A stretch of 64,000 nt of DNA from positions 11,284,001 through 11,348,000 of the forward strand of contig OZ024740.1 in the NCBI GenBank assembly GCA_964016885.1, read 5' to 3'. The notes under the pieces are model-generated. The model was not told where the DNA came from, did not search any database, and saw only the letters and a list, made by a program, of their open reading frames with translations. Positions 9,250 to 19,209 of this stretch are shown one piece after another. The stretch comes from Eledone cirrhosa. Lineage: Eukaryota. How positions within the stretch are numbered: position 1 is the stretch's first letter; every line of letters begins with the position of its first letter. The position numbers were made by a program, and so were the translations under genes.

Positions 9250-12200
9250 CACTTCGAATCCCAGGGTTGGGGCGGAATCACTGGCAACAGAACAAATTAA
9301 AGAAAGGATCGAAAAAGTGGAGGGAGTGCATGCTCAAGATGAAACTCCAAATGAAAATAATGAGATCGTAAATGATAAAGAAATAAATGAGAATGAACTT
9401 GCCAACTTGAAGGATGAAATTATGATCGAATGGATGAAAATGAAAGAATCTGACATGGGGCAACGAGACACCCTCCCTAAGATCCAGAACTCCAAACAGA
9501 ACCAAAAGATAATACACAAGACTAACATAATTCTCAAAAACATTATCATCACAAACAAACTAAACATTACTGATTTAAATCATCTCTATTATGCATCGGC
9601 TAAAGTCACCACTCACTTATGTGGAGTGAAGATGAAAAAACAAAGGAATTCCCACAAGAAATCTACTTGGCAAGAGAACATCAATCGCCAAATAAACCTT
9701 CTCCGATCTGACATAGAAATTTTAACAAACTATAAAGTAGGTGAACATGTTAAACAAACTAAACTTAGAAAATTGAAAAAAAAGTACAGTATAAAATCAA
9801 CAAGTGACATAGACATGCTGATAGAAATAATCAAACAAAAAGTGTCGGCCAAAGCTGCTCGTATAAGGCGCTTTGAAAAACAATCTAGATTCTATAAGGA
9901 CAATAATATGTTCAAAAACAACCAAAGAAACTTCTACAGAAAAAATGGTAAGTCAACAATAACTGCTAAATCAATACCACCCAAGGAGGAAGTGCAAGAA
10001 TTCTGGGAAAAGATCTGGGCCGAAGAAAAAGTTCATAACATACATGCCCCATGGATAGACAGACAAATGAAAGATACAGCTCACCTTGAGGAACAAATAT
10101 GGGAAAATATAACAGTTGAACAGTTGCGCTTGGCTCTAAGAAAAACCAGCAAATGGAAATCCCCAGGAAAAGACAAAATACAAAACTTTTGGATAAATGC
10201 CTTCACAGAGTCTCATGAGCTGTTAGCCCAACTTTACAATGAAATAGTTAAGGAGCCAGAAAAGATACCATCATGGCTAGTTAACGGCATTACATTCCTG
10301 CTTCCGAAGAATGATGAGACAAACAATCCCAAAAATTACAGACCGATAACTTGCTTGACCACAATGTATAAAATTTTAACATCAGTCCTAACTGAATACA
10401 CATATGACCACCTGATAACAAATGACCTATTTCCCATTGAGCAGAAAGGGTGTAAACGAGGCTCATATGGCTGTAAGGATCAGCTTCTGGTTAACAAAAT
10501 GATACTGGAAGATTGTCATAATAGACACAAAAATCTATCGATTGCTTGGATAGATTATAAAAAAGCATTCGATAGTTTGCCACACAGTTGGATTGAAAAA
10601 TGTTTAGAGATTTTCAAAATATCCCCCGTTGTCAGGAGGTTTTTGTCATTCAGTATGAAGACATGGAAAACGACACTCCTTTTGAATAGTGAAACAAAAT
10701 CACTGGAAGCTGGAGAAGTTAATATTAATTGTGGAATTTTTCAGGGTGACTCTTTATCACCGCTTTTATTCTGCATCGCACTTATACCATTAAGTAAAAT
10801 GCTCAATGAAACAAAACATGGATATAAAGTCTATGACAAAACCATTAATCACTTGTTCTACATGGATGACCTGAAACGATTTGCAAAAATTGATGAACAA
10901 TTGCAAGGGCTATTATCCACTGTGGAGCAGTTCAGTGATGACATTAAAATGGAGTTTGGACTAGACAAATGCGCCAAAGCAACGTTCACCAGAGGAAAGC
11001 TGCTGAAGAGTTCAGACATTAATCTTGATCGGGGGAACGTGATAAGAGAACTTGATCAAGAAAAAACTTACAAATATCTAGGTGTTTGTGAAGGAGACGG
11101 AATCAAGCATTCGACAATGAGGGAAAGGATAAGGAAGGAATGTTACCGCAGAGTAAGAGCAATCTTAAGAACGGAATTGAATGCAAGGAATAGGATCGAT
11201 GCCATAAACACGCTTGTCATACCAGTAGTAACCTACAGTTACAATGTCATCAACTGGTCAAGCACAGAGATCCGTAGGCTCGATACAAAAATTCGAAAAC
11301 TCTTAACCATGCACAGAATGCATCACCCTAAGGCAGATATAGATAGAATATATCTCCCTAGGAAAGAAGGCGGACGTGGGTTAATCCAGTTAGACATTGC
11401 GTTGAAAACTGCAACAATTGGATTATCTACATATCTAAGGGAATCACATGATTGGATGATCAAACTCGTTTTGAAACACGAAAGCATCAAAAGATCATAT
11501 TCCATTACAAAAGATGCACAAAGATACAGTAATGGACTACAAATTTCAGAAGTCCCATTTACTGCTGAAATGGAAAACACAGAAAAAGCAAAGCAGGTAA
11601 AAGTAACTGCAAAGAAAGAACTGCTACAGAAACTGGCTAAGAAATGGCAAGAAAAGCCTCTGTATGGAAAATACCCAGAGCGAGCTAACAATCCTGATGT
11701 TGACAAAACTTTAACCCATCAGTGGTTGGCATCCTCTGGACTGAAATCGGAGACTGAAGGACTGATTATATCAGCACAAGATCAGTGTCTGCCAACAAAA
11801 AATTACCAAGCCAACATAATAAAAAATGGATGCAGCCCATTATGCCGTGTATGCAAAAAACAACCAGAGACCATTGACCATATAATTTCAATGTGCAGTC
11901 CTATAGCTCCAACCGAATACCTAAACAGGCATGACAGAGCTGCACAATACATACATTGGATAATGTGTAAGCATTTTGACCTGCCCCATCAAAAGAATTG
12001 GTGGGAGCATCAACCACCTCCCATACTTGAAAAAGATCACATCTCAATCTTGTGGAACTTTAGCATCCAAACAGACCGAAAAATAGATGCAAATAGGCCT
12101 GATATAATATTGAAGGACTTCAAAAAGAGGGTATGCCTGCTAATTGATATGTCTGTTCCAATAGACAAGAATGTATCTATAAAAACATTTGAAAAATTGA

Positions 12201-12409
12201 GCAAGTATAAGGACCTGGAGATAGAAATTAGAAAAATGTGGAAATTGAGAACTAAAACAATACCAGTGGTTGTAGGCGCTCTGGGAATGATACCTAAGGG
12301 GTCTAATGATTACTTATCGCAAATCCCAGGAAACCCGCGTATAGGAGAAATACAAAAGATAGTACTAATGGGAACTGCCCATATACTAAGGAAGATTCTG
12401 ACAATATAA
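9215..12409 (+). CDS. Reverse transcriptase + CCHC zinc finger + restriction-like endonuclease (R4/Dong)
   Basis: WKSPGKD, YRPITCL, WIDYKKAFDS, GIFQGDSLSP, HLFYMDD, YKYLG; CRVC..ETIDHIISMC; RHD...RPDI..D...IDMSVP...K..KY (PD-(D/E)xK). Confidence 0.95.
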   Translation: MKHVSVIEVNCNTSNPRVGAESLATEQIKERIEKVEGVHAQDETPNENNEIVNDKEINENELANLKDEIMIEWMKMKESDMGQRDTLPKIQNSKQNQKIIHKTNIILKNIIITNKLNITDLNHLYYASAKVTTHLCGVKMKKQRNSHKKSTWQENINRQINLLRSDIEILTNYKVGEHVKQTKLRKLKKKYSIKSTSDIDMLIEIIKQKVSAKAARIRRFEKQSRFYKDNNMFKNNQRNFYRKNGKSTITAKSIPPKEEVQEFWEKIWAEEKVHNIHAPWIDRQMKDTAHLEEQIWENITVEQLRLALRKTSKWKSPGKDKIQNFWINAFTESHELLAQLYNEIVKEPEKIPSWLVNGITFLLPKNDETNNPKNYRPITCLTTMYKILTSVLTEYTYDHLITNDLFPIEQKGCKRGSYGCKDQLLVNKMILEDCHNRHKNLSIAWIDYKKAFDSLPHSWIEKCLEIFKISPVVRRFLSFSMKTWKTTLLLNSETKSLEAGEVNINCGIFQGDSLSPLLFCIALIPLSKMLNETKHGYKVYDKTINHLFYMDDLKRFAKIDEQLQGLLSTVEQFSDDIKMEFGLDKCAKATFTRGKLLKSSDINLDRGNVIRELDQEKTYKYLGVCEGDGIKHSTMRERIRKECYRRVRAILRTELNARNRIDAINTLVIPVVTYSYNVINWSSTEIRRLDTKIRKLLTMHRMHHPKADIDRIYLPRKEGGRGLIQLDIALKTATIGLSTYLRESHDWMIKLVLKHESIKRSYSITKDAQRYSNGLQISEVPFTAEMENTEKAKQVKVTAKKELLQKLAKKWQEKPLYGKYPERANNPDVDKTLTHQWLASSGLKSETEGLIISAQDQCLPTKNYQANIIKNGCSPLCRVCKKQPETIDHIISMCSPIAPTEYLNRHDRAAQYIHWIMCKHFDLPHQKNWWEHQPPPILEKDHISILWNFSIQTDRKIDANRPDIILKDFKKRVCLLIDMSVPIDKNVSIKTFEKLSKYKDLEIEIRKMWKLRTKTIPVVVGALGMIPKGSNDYLSQIPGNPRIGEIQKIVLMGTAHILRKILTI

Positions 12410-12575
12410 GTACATCACAAGTCTAAACACTAAAGATGCATGTGTGAGTATGTATGTTCTTTCTTGAACATGGCGGACCTTGTTGTCTCTTGAGGTCACT
12501 GGTTGTAACTTGGTGATAACTCGTATGAACATAAAGCAAGATAAATGCAACTGTAATAATAATAATAATAATAAT

Positions 12576-12697
12576 GATTTCTTTATTAACCACAAGGGTT
12601 TACATAAAGTAGACATTAAGGATAGTGCAGGGCAATACAGGACGGTACAAATGGGCATTTCTGCGTGTAAAAAACAAAAACAGAGGATGTAAACACA
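12576..12697 (-). mobile_element. ~120-bp 5'-truncated 3' end of the Tx1 element (copy C)
   Basis: Aligns to 2520-2625 with about 5 substitutions in the first ~95 bp plus an indel. Flanked by (TAA)n at 12554-12575 and 12698-12722. Confidence 0.9.
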
Positions 12698-12845
12698 AAA
12701 TAATAATAATAATAATAATAATATTTATACTTATATATACTCTATATATAATTATAAACAGGAAAGGTCAGTAATTCATTACCACCTTATTACCAGTAAG
12801 AAAAATAGCTCAATGTAAATACATCAGATGTTTTACAGAGCCGGA

Positions 12846-13726
12846 ATATAAATTACAGAATAATCAAAACTATGTTCAAAAAATTTCATTGCTGGCAATC
12901 GTTTCTTCGAAACTTTCGTTTGGAATCATCGGAGTATTGGCAAAGTTTAGACATATAGTTAACCTCCTAGTCCACAGAACAATCGTAAAGATACATAGAT
13001 GTCAGTGTTGTCATTAACAGTGTCATATTTAAAAAGTGAAGATGATGTGGTCAGTATCAGTGGATGCGACAAAGATTACAAGAGAATAATACGACAATTA
13101 TAGAGGAATTAAAGAAGAAAGTTACTCGCAAATCGAGGACATTAGCAGTACATATGCAAGCGTATAGAAAGAGTGCAGAGGTGTTAGGCATGTACAGAAC
13201 AACCAGGTAAGAAACAAGCAATGGTACTAAGCATATATATCACAGTATGACAAAGGTATCACATAATACAATACAGGTATAAAAGCATATTAAGCAGACA
13301 GAGATGTTTGATTATGAAAAGCAGTTTCTCTGAAGTTTATGGTGGATGTAATGTGATAATTGTTCCGGTAATGTTCAAATATACATGTGTTGTGAAACAC
13401 ATCTGCACTTTTTATATACGCTTACATATGTACTGCTAATATCCTCGTTTTGCGAGTAACTTTCTTTTTTAATTCCTCTATAATTGTTGTATTATTCTCT
13501 TGTAATCTTTGTCGCATCCACTGATACTGACCACATCATCTTCACTTTTTAAATATGACACTGTTAATGACAACACTAACATCTATGTATCTTTACGATA
13601 GTTCTTTGGAATAGGGGTTAATTATATGTCTAAACTTTGCTAGTTCTTCGATGATTCCAAACGAAAGTTTGGAAGAAATGATTGTCAGCAATAAAATGTT
13701 TTGAACATAGTTTTGATTATTCTGTA

Positions 13727-13734
<8 letters not shown>
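12846..13734. repeat. Long inverted repeat (~340-bp arms, ~210-bp spacer), probably inverted Penelope-like pseudo-LTRs
   Basis: 12846-13185 is the reverse complement of 13396-13734 with scattered substitutions. Each arm carries a degenerate hammerhead motif. Confidence 0.85.

Positions 13735-13798
<64 letters not shown>
13730..13798. repeat. (TA)n microsatellite
   Basis: About 34 TA units. Confidence 0.97.
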
Positions 13799-13801
<3 letters not shown>

Positions 13802-13824
13802 GTATAAAAATCAATACAATATAA

Positions 13825-13900
13825 TTACCTCATTACCAGAGGTTTCCCGAATGAGGCGAATACGAAAGAAACGTCTTCATTCGTTCGTCAGACGAGGCAA
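13825..13900 (-). ncRNA. Type I hammerhead ribozyme (Penelope-associated)
   Basis: Minus strand reads UUGCCUCGU-CUGACGA-A-CGAAUGA..UCAUUCG-G-GAAA-CC-UCU-GG-UA-AUGAGGUAA: 9-bp stem I, 7-bp stem II, short stem III, GUA cleavage triplet. Confidence 0.75.
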
Positions 13901-14589
13901 TATAAAACATGGGTAAATACTTGGAAAGTCTCATCAAGAAAAGCAAAAAAAATTATAGACAAATGAATTAGAATATGAAATATATAAAAATCTTTCAAGA
14001 AATATAGTTAGGTGTGTGTATATGTATGTATATACGCTCACAGATGTGCATATATGTGTATGCACATATGTATACGTATAGTGAAAAAGTGTGCGTAAAT
14101 ATATAATTTAGGGCAAATGTATCTGTGTATCTGTAATCTACAGACAGAATAGATACATCATAAGAATATGAAGGCACGCGCATAAACACACCTACACACA
14201 CGTACACTTATATGCGGAAATAAAAGAGGTAAGGGAGTGTAATAATTAAAGGAAAGTATCAATCTCGATATATTTATAAAAATGGAACAATAATTTAGAA
14301 AGAAAAAATTAAAGAAAAGAAGACAAACAAGGTACACTCATACACACACACACGTATATCTCACAAAAGAAACGCAAAAATATACATGCTTATATACACA
14401 CGCACACTTACACATCCATACGTTCGATACGTACACACACACGCACACACACACATACTTACACTCACGCATATTGACCTGTTTGCATGCACACGCATAA
14501 AAATGAGGATGTAAAAAAAGGGGAGAAGAAAAAAGAAACAAAACATAAAACCTAGGTGTAAAAACACGGATATAAAGACACATACACAT

Positions 14590-14631
<42 letters not shown>

Positions 14632-14935
14632 GTACGCGCGCGCACATACGTAGGCGCTCATGTACATATATAGAAAGTATACACACATTAAGGCGTTCAG
14701 CCACATAGATACAGGGTGTAAAACCTTGTGGATAAGTAAGTACAAATATAAAATTATAAAATTGTAAGATTGGCTGCGCAAAAATAAAAAATAAAAATAA
14801 AAAATATCTGAGTGGAAAGCGCAAGTGACTAGTGTAATCAGTTAGTGAAGGAAATAGAGAAGTAAAAAATGGAAAGTGAAGATATTAGATAAGTGATTCG
14901 GAGAATAAGGGGGGGGGTTATTGGTGGATGTGAAG

Positions 14936-14981
14936 TAAAAATAAAAATAAAAATAAAAATAAAAATAAAAATAAAAATAAA

Positions 14982-15012
<31 letters not shown>

Positions 15013-15038
15013 TAAAAATAAAAATAAAAATAAAAAAT
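14936..15038. repeat. (TAAAAA)n / (TAAAA)n simple repeat
   Basis: Visible tandem array. Confidence 0.95.
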
Positions 15039-15088
15039 AAATGAAATTAATAATAAGGATAAAAATGAAAGTAAGTCAGAAAGGGTAA

Positions 15089-15536
15089 TTATAAAGAGAA
15101 TAATAAGAGTTTATGGAGGATAAGTATCTGAAAGTGTGTTAAGTTTATATGAGCTGGAAAGCAGTGTGATTTCATGTGTGGGCAACTGGTGAAAATTTCC
15201 GTCTTTGTGTTCAGGCAGGTCTTTGGTGATTTAAGGTTCTGTAAAATCCAATATTTTTCATTTATGCAGAGCGTGCATTTTCTTGTTCCTCTAGCATATT
15301 CTTTAGATTGGTTCAAAATTGACCAATCTAGTTTATATTGGATGCCTTGGTCTTTCAAATCCCAAATTCTGCTAGCCAGAGCTGTTGTGAATCTTTTGTC
15401 TGGATGTCGGAAAGATGCGACATGTGAGTAATAACGCGTTTTGAATCTGTCTTGCGTCATACCCACATATCGTTCACTGGTGGCTGGATGGTTGTTGCTG
15501 ATGGTTGTCACTTTAGCCGCATATACAATACGATAC
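15089..15536 (-). pseudogene. Penelope-like element GIY-YIG endonuclease fragment (5'-truncated at (TA)n)
   Basis: IVY..(x)..YVGMT..RFKTRY..H, CTLCINEK, LNTKTE...CPH: GIY-YIG motifs of Penelope-like retroelements. Confidence 0.85.
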
Positions 15537-15659
15537 ATATATATATATATATATATATATACGAATCACACACATAACCTTCATACATATAAACTCTTAA
15601 ACATATATTTCTATATACTATTTCTTTCTCTCTCCCCCTCTCTCTCCATAAAACTATAC

Positions 15660-15694
15660 ACATGTGCGCGCGCACAGACATTTATTTGTGTTTG

Positions 15695-15742
<48 letters not shown>

Positions 15743-15885
15743 CGGGCGTGTATGTGTGTATGTGTGCGGGCGTACGCATGTGTGTGTGTATGTATGTATG
15801 TGTGCATGTATGTGTGCATACTTTCAATATATGTATGTGTGTGTGTATGTATGTATGTGTGTGTGTGTATGTATGTATGTATATT
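15660..15885. repeat. (TG)n/(TATG)n compound microsatellite
   Basis: Visible simple repeats. Confidence 0.9.
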
Positions 15886-16314
15886 TTGCTCCAAGAGTAA
15901 TTTGCATAATTAAAGATAAAACCACCTTGATTTATTTTTGTTAATTCTATTTATTATCTTTCTTTTAATTATGCAAATTTTTATTTGATAAAGAAAATAT
16001 ACCTAATCCTTTTTCGGTGTGAAAAAATGTCATTCTGATCAGCAAGTAAATTGAGACTATACTATGCTGACGAAGTCTAACAGGGCGAAACATAGACATA
16101 GTTGTCACTAACAAGCAACAAAGATTAGCCTCCCCTGTTAAATTAGTCAATAATTTCTTCTTTTTTTAAATCATCCTTCTCTTTGAGACTCTTTCACCGA
16201 GAGAGAGAAAGGGGGGGGGGGCGATGAGGCTAAGACAGTTTTCTGTACCTTATACTTGGATTTAATTATCCACATTCATGATATTGGCAACCTTGAATTA
16301 TTTTTCTTAGATTG

Positions 16315-16394
<80 letters not shown>

Positions 16395-16606
16395 AGTAAG
16401 GTTGCCAGGATGCGCCCATAGGTGGTATGCCAGTTGGGCACTCTATTCTCCTTCGGAGCAGAGTATAATAATATGGAAAACGAAGAATCAGTGATGCATC
16501 GGAACATAATTTATTACGTATTACATTGTTTCTCCGTTGAACAGCTCAAGGTGCGATCTGTTTGTGGATATATATAATATATATAAATATATATATATAT
16601 ATATAT

Positions 16607-17822
16607 GGGATGAAGAAGAAGCTCAGGGACAACCAAAACGGCTTCAGAGAGGGTAGATCAACCACCAGTCACATCCTGATGCTGAGGAGGATATTAGAGG
16701 GAGCTAGAGCAAAGTGCCTTCCTGCGGTCATGGTTTTCATTGACTTTGGGAAGGCCTTTGATTCTGTGGACCGTTACTGCCTGATGAAGATCTTACAGGC
16801 TTATGGAATCCCCAAGAGGATAGTGGACCTGATATCACTGCTCTACATCAACACCAAAGCCCAAGTCATTACACCTGATGGGATGACAGAGTTCTTTGAG
16901 ATATTGGCTGGAGTGCTCCAGGGAGATACATTGGCTCCCTACCTTTTTATCATCGTAGTGGACTATTGTATGCGCCTTGCACTGGAGAAACACCAGGACT
17001 CTGGCTTTACTGTAGCACCGGCTCAGAGCAGGAGAGTTAGGGCAAAAAAGGTATCGGATGCTGAATTTGCCGACGACATAGTTTTGGTGACAAATACAGT
17101 GAAGGAGGCAGAGGATTTGATGCGGGAGGTTGAGACTGTGTCGATAAGTGTGGGGCTGAGAATGAATGAGACTAAAACAAAATATCTGGTAGAGAATGTT
17201 GAGAAGCCAGAGGGGATCACTAATGTAGGCGGGAAGCCGCTGGAATTGGTTGAGGACTTCCTGTATATGGGAGCAAAGATTGGGAATACGGAAGATGATG
17301 TGGTTGAGAGGAAGAGCAAAGCCTGGGCGGCGTGCCACAGCTTGAGATCGGTGTGGAAGTCGGACCTTCGTAGAGACCTGAAAATCCGCCTCTTCATTGC
17401 TATAGTGGAGTCTGTGCTGCTGTATGGGTCTGAGACTTGGACACTGACCAAGAAACTCACTCAGATGGTGGATGGGTGCTACACGAGAATGCTGAGGATG
17501 GCTCTGGACATTAATCAGTATACACTGAGGATTAAAAACTCAGAGCTGTATGGGAGCATCCTAAAAGTCAGCTCAAAAGTGACACAGAGGAGACTGAGGT
17601 TGTCTGGACATGCTCACCGACATCCAGAGTTGACATTGCACTCAGTGCTCCTTTGGGAGCCCCTACATGGACACACTAGAAGAGGGAGACCAAGGTTAAC
17701 ATATGTTGATGCCCTAAGGACAGACACTGGTCTGTTGGAGATGCAGGATGTGGCAGCGATAATGAGGAACAGAGACCGCTGGAGAGAACTCGTCCATGGA
17801 TCTCGGGAATTTTACCCGCCTT

Positions 17823-17824
<2 letters not shown>
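16607..17824 (+). mobile_element. 5'-truncated RTE-clade LINE (open RT C-terminal portion) inserted in (TA)n
   Basis: QNGFREGRST, FIDFGKAFDSV, GVLQGDTLAPYLF, FADD, VLLYGSETW, RRGRPRLTY. No internal stops over ~405 codons. TA repeats at 16570-16606 and 17825-17890. Confidence 0.9.
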
Positions 17825-17900
<76 letters not shown>

Positions 17901-18444
17901 GACCATTTGCCTCCATCATAGATCAACTAAGCAGTCTTGCTATAATAACACATTTTGAACTGCTTATCTTCAAGAACTATACCTGTAAATAATATTATTT
18001 TCTCTTTCCCATTACCTTATCATGTTCCACATTGCCCCCTTTATTTCTTTTTTCTTTTCGCTTCAAAAACCTTGTTTGTAAATAACATTATTCTTTCTTT
18101 CCCATTTCCTTAACATGTTCAACATCACCAACATTTTACACCAATACAAATTCCCCCCTTTGATAATGCATAAAATGCTGAAACCGGTAAATATATAAAT
18201 AAATAAATGCCATTGTTAATTAATAAATAAATTAACTAATACCTTAACACTTCACACAAAGTAAAATATTTTGTTTTAAACATTTTCTAACCCAGAAAAA
18301 AGAGAAAAAAAATAAAAGCGAAAAAAAAATATTTTTCTTCCTAATAATCGTCTTTTTCTCCCTATTTTCCTATACATTGCCCATTGAGTGCGCTGAGATA
18401 CAACCGGTACTGGCATTGATAAATATGCTGGGTTCGTCAACCCT

Positions 18445-18476
<32 letters not shown>

Positions 18477-18520
18477 AAGTATGTTTTGAAACAGTGAGCA
18501 GGTTTGAAATTAGAAAATAG

Positions 18521-18622
18521 AATAGCTTTCACCGTATTTTTTTGACTTTTTCCATTTATCTGAGGGTTCTAAACCCCATTATCAGACTAAAATTTCTTTA
18601 GTGAAAAAAATACGGTGAAAGC

Positions 18623-18626
<4 letters not shown>
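18521..18626. repeat. Perfect 23-bp inverted repeat (MITE- or foldback-like)
   Basis: AATAGCTTTCACCGTATTTTTTT (18521-18543) pairs with AAAAAAATACGGTGAAAGCTATT (18604-18626). Confidence 0.85.
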
Positions 18627-18663
<37 letters not shown>

Positions 18664-19038
18664 GACAGCTGGACTTCTTCCTTGTTGAAAATCCAAGTAT
18701 CGGCATTCGATTAATTGGTGAAATATATTTCTTTAATGGAATATATACAGGGAAGATTAATCATATTATAAGGTATCTATTTTTGAAGTTCTAGTTAACT
18801 TTATTTAGTTACCTACCTAGCTATGTGTGCTTACACACTTGTAATAGTTATCCCCTGTGATTTTTTCATATGTTTATTTATATGTTAATCAATTTCTAGT
18901 TGTTATATATATATATATTTATATAGGAAAAGAACACATTTACATATATACATTATATAACATTATATATAGATATAGTAGAGAAATACATTATATATAA
19001 AGATATTATACACACACACACACACATATACATATATA

Positions 19039-19097
<59 letters not shown>

Positions 19098-19160
19098 TAC
19101 ACACACATATATACATACACACACACACATATATATATATATGCTGGGTCCGTCAACCCT

Positions 19161-19208
<48 letters not shown>

Positions 19209-19209
19209 C

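Larger units (their letters stand above)
8581..12553 (+). mobile_element. Apparently full-length R4-clade (Dong-like) RLE non-LTR retrotransposon
   Basis: RT-CCHC-RLE architecture. Flanked by (TAA)n on both sides, the established target of Dong elements. Exact 5' boundary uncertain (A-rich 8581-8600). Confidence 0.9.

Noticed and set aside
8452-12553. LTR retrotransposon suggested by 105-bp terminal direct repeats
   Set aside because: No TG..CA termini, PBS, PPT, protease or integrase. The protein is a non-LTR RT-RLE and the repeat is its 3'UTR.
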